A stretch of DNA of 64,000 nucleotides from Callorhinchus milii. Taxonomy: Eukaryota. The stretch is taken from contig NW_024704749.1 in NCBI RefSeq assembly GCF_018977255.1, forward strand, positions 23,188,001 through 23,252,000, given 5' to 3'. Below, in pieces: positions 25,301 through 37,659 of the stretch (position 1 is the first letter of the stretch; each line of letters begins with the position of its first letter). A program made the position numbers and the translations under genes. The notes beneath the pieces were generated by a model. It was not told the DNA's origin. It worked only from the letters and a program-made list of their open reading frames with translations, and did not search any database.

Positions 25301-28300
25301 GGACCTATTTGCACATTGATTTGTGATCTCAGTGTTAGTCAATCCTACCTCCTGTATAGGTCAGTTCCCGTGGGTAACTTGTGGCAGTATGAGACTGTCT
25401 GATATTACACTCTGAAACTGAGGTTTAAAGAGAAGCTGCTTGACGATATTCTTGTCTGATCATTGATTTTGTAGTTCTGCAGGAGTTAACTGCTTTCAGT
25501 CCCATGTATTTCTGGCAGGCAAGCAACACTGTAAGGTGCTGAGCTTTGTAGATGTGGTTGTATTTGCCTCGCAAGTGAGAGACCTGGGTTCTATTCCCGG
25601 CAGGGTGAAATGTTGGGCAAATTCCCTTACTCCACATGCCTCTGTTTACCATAGCAGTAAGAAGGAACCCAGTTGTTAGTTGATTGATAACAGTCTCTTA
25701 AAAAAAAAATTTGTGCACTCAATCCACGACTGTTTGTGGGACACTGCTGAGCGCAATTGGCTGCCGCGTTTCGCCCACAATTATACAGTCAATTCACTTT
25801 ACAGTATATTGTATGATGGGCTTTGAGGCGTCTAGAAGACGTGAAAAGCACTATATCAAATGCAAGGATTACTATTATTCAGCTTACTGTTATTTTTCAA
25901 AAAAAATTCAACTCTGTGTTCTTGTAACCATAACAGGGTGATTTTGTTGACCGAGGATATTACAGCCTTGAAACTTTCACCTACCTTCTCGCGTTAAAGG
26001 CAAAATGGCCTGACCGTATCACACTCCTTCGAGGAAATCATGAAAGCAGACAGATCACACAGGTCTACGGGTTCTACGGTAAGCTGTAAGGTGAAAAACA
26101 CACGACCTGTGAAGGGGGATTTTGATAAGGAATTGGCATTGATCAACCAATAACGGTTTAAACACATTTTGTTCAGTTATTGTATTTTGACCCTAATGTG
26201 TTCAAGTAAACTTGTATTTTGTTTTAAACAGATGAATGTCAAACAAAATATGGAAATGCTAATGCTTGGCGATACTGTACCAAAGTCTTTGACATGCTAA
26301 CAGTAGCAGCTGTAAGTACATAATAATAATACACGCTCGTATGACGCCATTGTAGATATTTGTGATGTTCAACAGCGAACGAGAGGGGAGGGGGTCTTTC
26401 ACATACCCATGAGTTGTGCAGGAGCTACCATTGCTTGTGGAATACCCCCATCCTCCCTGTCCTCCACCCCCACTGATCCCAACCCCCAGCTCGGGTCCAA
26501 ATCCCTGACTGTCCAGTGCCTTTGGGATGTCCTCCTGAAAGGCAATGTGTAAATGTAATTTGTTGTTGCCACGTCACTCAGTCTAGGTCGAAAGGCAATA
26601 ATGGGAACCTCAGCGTGTTTCACTGAGTCTAGAGGTTGGATAGGAGTCAGACAGGATATGTTGAGAGACTTAGACCTTGATGTAGTCCATGCTTTGTTCG
26701 GGAATGGTTGATTTAGACGGTGAGTTTAACAGATGATTCATTTATCTTTTTTTTAGTTTGTTGGGCTGACTATATGTGGATTGCGCGTGTTGCTAAAACT
26801 AAAACCTTTTTTTTGGAATGAGCTTTAGTGATCTAGAAGCCTTCTAGATCACTGAAGTGGGAAGCCTTCAAGGGGGAGATAGTTCGGGGACAGAACAAAT
26901 GCATTTGCATGAAGGTGAATGGGACGTCCTCCCGACGCGAAAGGCACTCAATAAATGTAATGTTGTTGTTGTTGGTAGGGCATCAAAAGCTCCCTGGATG
27001 AGTAAGGAAATTGGGATTAAAATGAAACAAAAAAAAGAGGCTAATGATAGGTCAAAAATACAGAAGATAATCAAACAGAATATAAAAAGTGCAAAGGAGA
27101 ACTAAAAAAGGAATTAAGAGGGGCAAAGAGATTGTATGAGAAAAGATTAATGGGTAACATAAAAGGAAACCCTAAGGTATTTTATAAGCATATAAAGGGT
27201 AAAACAAAGGAAAGGTGGGGCCGATTAGGGACCAAAAAGGAAATCTTGTGGAGGCTGAAGTACTGAATGAATACTTTGCTTCTGTTTTCACTAAAGAAGA
27301 GGATGCAGCCAATACCACAGTAACGGAGGAGAGGGTAGAGAAATTGGATAGGATAAAAATAAACAGAGAGAAGGTACTAAACAAGTTGACAGTGCTCAAG
27401 GTAGATAAGTGACCCGGTCCCGACGGGATGCATCCTAAAATAATGAGGTAAGTTAGGGTGGAAATAGCAGTGGCTCTGGCCACAGTCTTTCAGTCCTCCT
27501 TCAACACTGGGGTGGTGCCAGAGGACTGGAAGGTTGCAAATGTTACTCCCCTGAACAAGAAGGAAGAGAAGAATAAATCCGGGAACTACAGGCCAGTCAT
27601 CTTAAAGTCAGTTGTGGGGTAACTTCTAGAGACGATAATCCGGGACAAAATAAATTTTTACTTGGAAAATATGGGTTAATATTTGTTAAAGGCAAATCAT
27701 GTCTGACAAACCAGATTTTTTTGAAGAAGTGATGGAAGGGGTGGTTGAAGTTAGTGCAGTTGATGTAGTATATATAGATTTTCAAAAGGCGTTTGATAAA
27801 GTGCCACATATTAGACTTGTTAGCAAAATTGAAGCCCATGGTATTAAAGGGACAGTTGCAGCATGGATACAAAAATGTCTGGGAGGCAGCAAGCAGTAAT
27901 GGTGAACTGTTGTTTTTCTGATTGGCGGGAAGTGTGCAGCGGTTTCCTCCAGGGGTCGGCATTAGGACCACTGCTTTTTGTTAAATATATATAAATGATC
28001 TGGGTATAGGGAGCACAATTTCCAAGTTTGCAGATGATACAAAGCTGGGAAAAGTAGTAAACTGTGAGGAGGATAGTAGCAGACGGCAAGAGGACATAGA
28101 CAGACTGCTGACGATGCAAACTCATTGCTTGTCGGCCTCCCCAACTCCTCCCTCCACAGGCTGCAGATCATCCAGAACTCTGCAGCCCGTGTCCTCTTTA
28201 CAAATGTAATTTTGTTGTTGTTGAAATGGGCAGACACGTGGCAGATGAAATTTAATGCAGAGAAATGCAAAGTGATGCATTTTGGGAGGAAGAATGAGCA

Positions 28301-30611
28301 GAGGCAATATAAGATAGATGGTACAATCTTAAAAGAGGTGCAGAGAGACCTGGGGGTTCACATAAGCAAATCTTTGAAGGTGGCAGGAAAGGTAGATAAA
28401 GCTGTTAAAAAAGCATACAGGTTGCTTTATGAACAGGGGCATTCAATACAAAAGTAAGGAGGTTATGATGAACCTTTATAAAATACTGATTAGACCTCAG
28501 TTCTGGGCACCACCCTTTAGGAAGGATATCAAGGCCTTGGAGATGGTGCAAAGCAGAATTACCAGGATGGTACCAGGAATGAGGGACTTGAGTTATGTGG
28601 AGAGACAACAACAACAACAACAACAAGATTCCATTTATAGAGCGCCTTTCACGTCAGGAGGACGTCCCAAGGCGCTGCACAGTTGGGTCATGACCCGAGC
28701 AGGGGGGAAATGGTCAGGGTGAGGGGAGGGAAGGGAGGGAGCGAGGAGGGGGGAAATGGTCAGGGTGAGGGAAGGGAGGGAGCAAGGAGGGGGAAATGGT
28801 CAGGGTGAGGGAAGGGAGGGAGCAAGGAGGGGGAAATGGTCAGGGTGAGGGGAGGGAAGGGAGGGAGCGAGGAGGGGGAAGAGAGTCGAGAGGGGAGCTG
28901 AAGGCACGGTCAAAGAGAAAGGTTTTTAGACCGGCCTTGAAGGAGGAAAGGGAGGAAGCAAGGCGAAGGCACTGGGGGATGGAGTTCCAGAGCCTGGGGC
29001 TGAGAGGCTGAAGGCCCGACCACCGATGGTAGGGCGGTTGGGGCGGGGGACGTGGAGCAGACCAGAGCCAGAGGAACGGAGGGTACGGGCAGGTAGGTAG
29101 GGGGATAGTAGGTTGGAGAGGTAGGAGGGAGCAAGGCCGTGAATGGCCTTGTAGGTGAGGATGAGGATCTTGAAATCAATCCTCTGGGGGATGGGGAGCC
29201 AGTGGAGGCGAGCGAGGGTGGGAGTGATGTGGTCGCGAAGCCTGGTGCGGGACAGTACACGAGCTGCAGAGTTCTGAATGACCTGCAGTGTGGAGGGAGG
29301 TGGCGGGAAGGCCGGCGAGGAGAGAGTTCCCATAGTCCAGCCTTGAGGTGACAAAGGCGTGGACCAGGGTTTCAGCGGCGTGAGGGGTGAGGTAGTGCCG
29401 TAATCTGGCGATATTCCGGAGGTGATGGAAGGCGGTGCCAGTTGTAGTGCGGATGTGAGGGAGAAAGGACAGCTCAGGGTCGAACAAAACGCCGAGGTTC
29501 CTGACTGGCTTTGAGAGGTGGAGAGTGCAGCCTTGGATGCTGATGAAGCTAGGGTTGTTCTCCTTGAGCAGAGAAGATTAAAGGGAGATTTAATGGGGTT
29601 GTTCAAAATTATGAGGGGAATTTAATAGAGTGAACAGGGAGAAACTGTCACCACTGGCGGGTGGGTCAGTAACCAGAGGGCACTGATTTAAGATATTTGT
29701 CAAAAGAACCAGAGTGGAGATGAGAAATTTCTTCACGCAGCGAGTTGTTTGGATCTGGAATGTATTGCCTGACAGGGTGGTGGAAGCAGATTCGATAACA
29801 ACTTTCAAGAGAGAAGTGGATAGATATTTGTGGAGGACAAATTCGCAAGGCTGTGGGGAGAGAGTGGAGGAGTGGGATTAATTTGGATAGCTCTTTCAAG
29901 AGCTGTTCTAATTGAAGCTCTTCCTATTTGTTGTCTCACTAGTTGATAGACGAGCAGATCCTGTGTGTGCACGGGGGGCTTTCTCCTGACATCAAGACTC
30001 TCGATCAAATCCGAACCATCGAGCGTAACCAGGAGATCCCACACAAAGGAGCGTTCTGTGACCTGGTTTGGTCCGATCCTGAGGACGTAGACACCTGGGC
30101 CATCAGTCCTCGTGGAGCAGGCTGGCTCTTTGGGGCCAAAGTTACCAATGAGGTAAATTGTTGCACTATGTGTCTCAGTACATTAAGTCTGGTGGGGTTG
30201 GGGGTCTGTATAACATTAGACTGCTGTACATTTCATATGAGTAGAGAGTGAACGCAAAAGGGTAGCTATCAGTACACACTGTTCACTGAACCAAAATTGC
30301 AACTGAACATCAGTTCACCCTGAGATTGATTGCCTTGTAAATGTTTCTCTTTTCTTCTCTAGTTTGTTCACATCAACAACTTGAAACTGATCTGTCGAGC
30401 ACATCAACTAGTACATGAAGGATATAAATTCATGTTCGATGAGAAGTTGGTGACTGTCTGGTCTGCTCCAAACTACTGTTACCGCTGTGGAAATATCGCC
30501 TCAATCATGGTCTTCAACAATGTAAATTCAAGGGAGCCAAAGTTGTTTCGTGCAGTTCCAGATTCAGAGCGTGTAATTCCACCTAGAACGACAACACCCT
30601 ACTTCCTTTAA
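22301..30611 (+). CDS. PPP6C: Serine/threonine-protein phosphatase 6 catalytic subunit, 305 aa
   Basis: Exons 22301-22375, 23305-23400, 25068-25133, 25937-26078, 26232-26311, 29943-30152, 30363-30611, all GT-AG, total 918 nt. N-terminus [25 protein letters not shown]; PPP motifs GDIHG, GDFVDRG, RGNHE, SAPNYCY; C-terminus TTTPYFL. Confidence 0.99.
25550..25879 (+). mobile_element. tRNA-headed Deu-SINE
   Basis: GCAAGTGAGAGACCTGGGTTCTATTCCCGG head, Deu core and GCAAGGATTACTATTATT tail. Confidence 0.85.
26975..29905 (+). mobile_element. Long degenerate CR1 LINE ORF2 (RT domain) in PPP6C intron 5, interrupted by L2 insertions
   Basis: [32 protein letters not shown] and [16 protein letters not shown] motifs, with frameshifts and stops. 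Insertions at ~28110-28222 and ~28606-29545. Confidence 0.9.
28606..29545 (-). mobile_element. L2 LINE 3' end nested in CR1, with G-rich tandem expansion in its 3' UTR (~28700-28880)
   Basis: (CAA)n tail; [13 protein letters not shown] and [15 protein letters not shown] motifs; tandem GGGGAAATGGTCAGGGTGAGGG.. units. Confidence 0.92.
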
Positions 30612-32601
30612 AATATTCCCCCATCCCATCCCAACCCCTCATCCCGAATAAACTTTTCTTAAAATACAGTGCACACAATGGCCTGTAACTAGGCAATGTT
30701 CAAGATGTAGAATTTCAACTATTCTATCAAATATTTTAAATGGCTAAATTGAATAAAGTGGTCTAAAGGGGCTGCCTTTTTTTTCCTTTGTTTTCCATGC
30801 TAGCAAGATATTGCGAAGCTGATTTATGTGCTCTGATAACTAAAAGTTTGTACATTAAAATAATTGTATTGATCATTTTTCAAATTTCATTGTATTTTAA
30901 TATAGTAATATGGTGAATACAATCCGCATAGGTTAAGATATTGGAAATAAACTGCTTTATTATTAACTTGAATGTTTACTGCCCTTTCTAATATTACTCT
31001 GCTAATTTGATACCAAATGTCAGTGATGGTGCATTCTTTTACAGTGAAAATTCAGGCAATTAAATACAGTATGCTATACACTGAAACGTGCCATGAACCC
31101 CTCTATCTACCAGGCTATTAATTGTTTATTGGGCATAATTTGTCCATCAATCGTTTGGCCTGGTATGACCAGATTGAGGTAGGTTTTTGTGTGCGCGTAT
31201 GTTTGTTATAAAGTTCCTTCTTTTTAATAACATGGAAATTTCACTTTGAACAAGCTTCTTCTCTCATTCATTGATCCTCTGCATCCTTGCTTTTACACAT
31301 TATCCTTAAACACTAATGTAGCAAACTTTACAAAAACTTTCAGCTGTGGAAAGTGATAATGCAAGGAAATGGATAGGCATTCCTCCAATCATTCACCTTG
31401 ATTACTGAAATCCAACTTTAGACTTCTTGTGACAAAAGGAGAGCACAGTGAGGATAGGTTATTGCTTGAAGCAAGAATCAAGTTGCACAGTCATCCCAAC
31501 AGCTATGTGAGAATAAAGCTGTGATGGCTCTGGATAAGTTGTTCTACGGTTACTGTCATTATCTGGTGATCATGGGGAGCTGAAACTGAATTTGGGTAGA
31601 GATTATCCTGCGACATGGCACTATAATTTGAGACAGGCAAAGGTGTATGTGATGAAAGCACAATCCCTATTAAACTCCATGGAGGGTGATTGCATTGGAA
31701 CATTTCAAGAGGGAATGAAATGGATATTTGCAGAACACATTGGTTGACTAGCCATGTTGCAGGAGTGGTGTGTGATTATGTTTTTTTTTTCCGTTTTTGA
31801 TAATCGCTTCTGTTAGTCATTTTTTTCCTTCCGACAAATTATTTGCCTTGAAAGGTTAAGTGTCTAAAGTGAGTATAGTATGTACTTTTGGGATAAATGG
31901 GTTGTGGGAGGAGCTAGTTTTGAGAGTGCTCTTCCTACTTCAATGTAAATGCTTTGAGATCTAGCTAACTCTTAAGATGTTGTTCGCCTCCAATGAACAA
32001 GGTGGTGAGCCCTAGATACTATATTAAAACCAGGTTTGCTTGCTTGAGAGAAATCATATTTTTATATCTTATGTCTAGGGAAATACTTTGAACAGAGCAC
32101 ATTCCCCCCAGACTGTATTTCCCCTTCAGCATGTGTTTTTTGAAAGGTTCTAATTGTGTCTCTCTGGTCCTCCAAATTTAATTCTTGCGCAAAAAACCTT
32201 TTTGGTCCACCGGATCTTGTTGATCTTCATTCTTCTTTTAAAAACTTGAGATCGACCCTTTCAATTGTTTTATTGTCATGCTGTGGCCCAGAAGGATGGA
32301 CCTTGACAGAGCCAGTTGTATTCTGCTGATCAGCTTTGTAGATGATTACAACTACAAGAAGCCCCAACTGACATTATTGGGCAAGTTACGATGCTTACAT
32401 CTGCCGGTGTCGAATGCAAAGTGCACAGCTATTTTGAATTGTTTTTCAAATGTCAGTGACGTACAGGAAAATAGATCTGGTCAGGAGTTTATTTTAGGCA
32501 TGTGGGAGACCAATATCTTGTAGCTCATGTACAGCTACAAAAATCCGCAGATATTCAAAGGTAATCATGCCAAAGTTTTTGGTGAGACTATTGATGTTGC
32601 A

Positions 32602-32773
32602 TAAATAAAAACAAGTTGCTGGGAACACTCAGCAGGTCAGGCAGCATCTATAGAGAGAGGAAAAGGGAGTTAATGTTTTAGGTCATCCTTTCATCAGAAC
32701 TCTTTATTCTGAATGTTCCCAGGGACTTCTGGTTTTATTTCAGATTTCCAGCATCTGCAGTATTTTGCCTTTT
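32602..32773. mobile_element. Second palindromic Penelope-like remnant with degenerate hammerhead motif (32667-32702, minus)
   Basis: Homologous to 921-1203. Minus strand reads GAGTT-CTGATGA-AAGGATGACCT-AAAA-CA-TT-AACTC. Confidence 0.6.
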
Positions 32774-33999
32774 GTCTATTGATGTTGCACTTTGTCACAG
32801 TCATGGAGCACTGATGGACAGGTTGGAGCGAAAACAGCAAAATGGTTCCAAGGTATAACTGCTTAATTGTGCATTGTTCTGCAGAATCACAAATTCAGAG
32901 ATTTATATAATTGTGCCCCTTTGTATTACCTGTACAGTGATCTTCATACTTGTAATAAGCATTGTGATCAGTTTCCTATAGATTATCCTCTCCATAGACT
33001 CCAGTATGCTCTTTGCTTTCCACCTGCTGCCACATGCAAAGATAATGCTTTGAATGGTCATTTGATTTGTCCTGACAGTTTCTTATTAATGCTTTTTTTA
33101 GTACTTATGTATATTACTGTACACATTTTTCAAATTAAATAGCAAGCCTTTTAGTGTTTAACAGCTTGAATGTTTTCTGTGAGATTCTCCTGCTGTCTGC
33201 TTGCAAATTTGAACTTGATTATGACAAGACAATTGATAAATATTTTGAACAGCAAGGTCTCAGAACTCCAGTGGTCGCAGCGAAAACTGCTATTGATCAT
33301 TACTCATTTCCTTGTTTGTCATTGTGACAAAATGTGTTGTTATAATGTTTGCAAGCTCATTCTATAAAAAAAAGTCGCACCAAACAACCATGAAAATGAA
33401 AGACCAATTTTATTTGGGGTATGGTTGGCCAGGAGGGGAGGGGAGGGGGGAGGAGAGAGAGAAACTCCCTTCTCTTTTCGAATAGTATTATGAGATCTTT
33501 AATGTCCACCCGAACAACAACAACAAGATTCCATTTACAGAGCGCCTTTCATGTCTGGAGGATGTCCCAAGGCGCGGGACAGTTGGGTCAGGACCCGAGC
33601 ATTGGGGGGAAACCGAACACTCAGATGGGATCTTGGTTTGACATCTGATCTGAAGCAGTACATCTCTGACAACGCAACGTACCCCCAGCGCTGACGGCAT
33701 TGGAGTGCCAATTGAGATTAGGTGACTTCAAGATCATAAAAGTTTTAACAACAACAACAAGATTCCATTTATAGAGCGCCTTTCGCGTCGGGAGGACGTC
33801 CCAAGGCGCGGGACAGTTGGGTTGGGTTTAAGACACAAAAAGCAATATAAGACTCTTGGAAAGAGCTAACCACATAGCGCCACTGCCCTGTCCCTTTCAC
33901 CCCAAATTATATGTTTTTTTTTAAATATGAATTTGCAATAAAATATCAAGTCTTAATTCCCTTTCAGAAGCTGCTCTGGGATTGCGCTGCGAGCACAGC

Positions 34000-34578
34000 C
34001 TGAGCACATGCTGTGTTTCGCCGCTGGGTGGCGCCGCGCCGCGCCGCTCTGCCTGCCCTGCCCTGCCCTGCCCTGGCCTGGCCTTCCCGCCCGGGCCGTG
34101 ATTGGCTGCAGGTTTCCAGGCACCCTCGCGCAGCTGTCAGATCGGGAGACAACCTAACTTGGGTCGCCTTGTGACGCAGGTGATTGACGTGCGCATCGAC
34201 CACAGAAGGACCGACCTGGGCGGAGGGGGCGGAGCGCTGGGTGGGAGCGAGGAGACGAGCGGCCAATAGGAGGGCGGGGAGGCGAGTAAAGTTAGTGTGA
34301 GCGAGGAGTAGTAAAAGCTCTGCGCTGCGCGCGCGGACAGGCGGGCGGGCGGCACGAGCGGCCTAACGGTTCTCGGTAGCTCAGCCCGCGCTCGAGACGC
34401 CGAGCGCACAGCGACAGGGAACAGAGGCGGAGAGCAAACTGCCACCAGCGATCATACGTTAAATACAACCGCCGCGGCTCCGGTTTGTGGAGACGGAGGG
34501 AGAGTCAGTCGCCCCCCCCCCCCCCCACCCGCCCTCCCCTCAGACACCGACACGGGAGTGAGGAGCGACCGCGAGAAG
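34000..34578 (+). promoter_or_regulatory. SCAI: SCAI CpG-island promoter and non-coding exon 1
   Basis: CpG-rich with CCAAT (~34263), GC boxes GGGGCGGAG/GGGCGGGG and TGACGT. Consensus donor AAG|GTAAGT after 34578. The position matches PPP6C-SCAI synteny. Confidence 0.75.
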
Positions 34579-34639
34579 GTAAGTCACGGGGCCGCTCACG
34601 GCGAGATGGCGCTGCCAGAGACAGGACGTCCCTCCTTCC

Positions 34640-35270
34640 CTCTCTCTCTCTCTCTCCCCGTGCCCCCCTCTCTCCCCGTGCCCCCCCTCTCCCCGTGCCC
34701 CCCCTCTCTCCCCGTGCCCCCCCTCTCTCCCCGTGCCCCCCCTCTCTCCCCGTGCCCCCCCTCTCTCCCCGTGCCCCCCCTCTCTCCCCGTGCCCCCCCT
34801 CTCTCCCCGTGCCCCCCTCTCTCCCCGTGCCCCCCTCTCTCCCCGTGCCCCCCCTCTCTCCCCGTGCCCCCCTCGCTCCCCGTGCCGCCCCTCCCCTCCC
34901 CCTCCCCGTGCCCCCCTCTCGCTCCCCGTGCCCCCCCCCTCTCGCTCCCCGTGCCGCCCCCCCCTCTCGCTCCCCGTGCCGCCCCCCCTCTCGCTCCCCG
35001 TGCCGCCCCCCCCTCTCGCTCCCCGTGCCGCCCCCCCCTCTCGCTCCCCGTGCCGCCCCCCCCCTCTCGCCCCCGTGCCGCCCCCCCCCTCTCGCCCCCG
35101 GTGCCGCCCCCCCCCTCCGCCCCCGGTGCCGCCCCCCCCCTCTCGCCCCCGGTGCCGCCCCCCCCTCTCGCCCCCGGTGCCGCCCCCCCCCTCTCGCCCC
35201 CGGTGCCGCCCCCCCCTCTCGCCCCCGGTGCCGCCCCCCCCTCTCGCCCCCGGTGCCGCCCCCCCACCTC
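34640..35270. repeat. C-rich VNTR (~18-23 bp, CCCTCTCTCCCCGTGCCC grading to CCCTCTCGCCCCCGGTGCCGCCC)
   Basis: Tandem units read directly. They account for the Pro- and Gly-rich spurious ORFs. Confidence 0.95.
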
Positions 35271-35631
35271 TGTTCTGACAGTACAAGTACAATTAACATA
35301 GTTAATTTTACTCTAATGGAAACTTGATAATATTAATTTACCCCCCACACCTAGTTACCTTGCAGTAAGTAGGAAATGATTGGTGGATTGCTTTCTGGGG
35401 GTAATATTCCATTTAAAAAAAACCATTTGGTCACACAATCCATGACTGTTTGTGCACACTGCTGTGCGCATTTGCCTGCCGTGTTTTGCCTACAAAAAAC
35501 AGTCAATTCATTTTATGGTATATTTGTGAAGCGGTTTGAGACGTCTCAACGATGTGATAAGGCGCTGTATCAAATGCAAGGATTATTATTATCTTTATTG
35601 CCCCGTGCCCACTCCCTTTATTTCCCTTTCC

Positions 35632-35802
35632 CACCCCCTCTGTTGCCCGGCCCCCCTCTGTTGCCCGGCCCCCCTCTGTTGCCCGGCCCCCCTCTGTTGC
35701 CCGGCCCCCCTCTGTTGCCCGGCCCCCCTCTGTTGCCCGGCCCCCCTCTGTTGCCCGGCCCCCCTCTGTTGCCCGGCGCCCGGCCCCCCTCTGTTGCCCG
35801 GC
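35632..35802. repeat. 18-bp tandem repeat CCCCCCTCTGTTGCCCGG, ~8-9 copies
   Basis: Direct reading; gives the PPLLPG periodic ORF. Confidence 0.95.
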
Positions 35803-36782
35803 GCCCTGGTGGGCCTGCCCCCGCCCCCTTAGTGGCCTTTCAGTTTGAGATATCTTTCCTCTTTGGGAAGGTTCAAATTAAGATATTGTATTGAGCAGCA
35901 TGGAAGATCTAATTCTGTTTGCATGTTGTCAAGTCTCTCATGTCTCATCACCAAGGAATGTGATTCATACTTTCTCTTCTTCGCTCCCCACCTTCCAAGA
36001 AAAATGGACATGTAATTCTTTAGACTGGATGCAATACCTAATTCATGAAGTAAAAATAATTGCGCTTTGCAGGAAAAGAATTCCAAAGATTATTTTAATA
36101 TTCTTCACAGTTTTTAAGCAAGCATTCCAGTTTACTTGCGAGTGCGAAAGGTAGCCCCTCATCTGTTGTGTTGGTTACATAAGTGGTGGATTGTGCTCCA
36201 TTCCTTTTGTATGTGATGTGAAAATCCAGCAAAGACCTTATTTCTTGTGTGTAAGTTTTATTGCTATTATGCAGTTTTTCCTTTTTTTCTTTTCTCCTAT
36301 CTCTTCCCCCTCCCCGCTACTCCTCAGGTGTACCATTTCAAGGCTTTTATAGATTGAGTTTATGAGCTGTCCACCAGGGGGAGTGTGAGAGTAATCTTGG
36401 TTTGGGGAAAGCATCTCTCCTTTATCTCAATCCTTTCCCAAAGGCTTGTAAGATCGAGAAAAAACTCTATTTTGGGTAACATGATAGAGCCCATGCTGCA
36501 CATGGTGATGACAAGTTATTTGGATGAGAGAGAAACACTGTCCAGGATGTGGGAAGGGAAAACTGCCAGTGCTTTGAAATAATACCACAGGATCTTTAAT
36601 GTCCAACAGAAAACCAGGTGAAATAACATCTAGACGCGAATGTATTCACACATTAGACAAGGGCAGGATTGAGCTAGGTTGTGGTGCGAGAGAATCGAAC
36701 AGAATGCTGAGGTTCTCCACAGGCTCCATGAATTTGAATGAGCAACTGGGAAGAAAGATTAGTGCTTTCCACCCAATGCTAA

Positions 36783-37007
36783 TCCTTACTCCACACGCCT
36801 AATAATAATCCCTCCAAAAAACAAAACAATAATAAATTGGTCATTTTCAATCCATGACTATTTGTGGGACACTGCTATGTGCAATTGGCTGCCGAGTTTC
36901 GCCCACAAATATATGGTCAATTCACTTTACAGTCTATTCTGTGAAGCGCTTTGAGACGTCGCAAAGGCATGAAAAGCGCTATCTCAAATGCAAGGATTAT
37001 TATTATT
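36783..37007 (+). mobile_element. Deu-SINE (short subfamily), 5'-truncated
   Basis: TCCTTACTCCACACGCCTAATAATAATCCC..Deu core..GCAAGGATTATTATTATT. Confidence 0.85.
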
Positions 37008-37659
37008 AAATGGAAATCTCCATACTTACTGACTGACACACACACACACCATCTAGAAACTATACCTTTCTACCTTATCAGGAACATTAAATCCGAGTAT
37101 TGCTACTCATCAAATCACATGATACAAGGTCACTAGTTGTTTAATTATGTTAGTAAATTAAGAGGAGTTTGTCACAACACCAAAATTAAAACAAAATTCT
37201 GAAGATTAGTGGTGTGATCTCAAACTGCTTGGTGTGTTACTGCTTTATAAAACACCACAGATGTGTTGTTAATTTGTGGTGGAACTTGTAAGTGGTGTTG
37301 GATGTTTTCTGTCTGAATTCTGACAGTACAGTACTTGGATTACTTAAGTTTTATGGAATCCTTCATGTTGATCATTCATGTGTGATACATTTTTACAAAA
37401 ATGAAAAGTTATAAGAACCAATGTGTAGAATGTCTCTGAAATTCAGACATGATGCTTCCACAGACATCACAAACTATACCCATTCGTTGACACCACCCTA
37501 TCCCTCTCCCCACACATATCCACTCTCTCTCTCTCGGAGCAAACATTTCAATAGATATTCCATCTCACTGTCAAAGGCCATCCAGCAAAAGCTAGAATAT
37601 AAGATAATTTGTGATCCAAAATAGACATAGATTTAGGTATAATTCCTAAATCTTCCAAC

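Noticed and set aside
28597-29525. Apparent 8-bp target-site duplication GTGGAGAG around the nested L2
   Set aside because: The right-hand copy lies inside L2 coding sequence ([14 protein letters not shown] on the minus strand), so the match is coincidental.
34485-35894. Several 100-280 aa Pro- or Gly-rich ORFs on both strands
   Set aside because: All derive from C-rich tandem repeats in SCAI intron 1.
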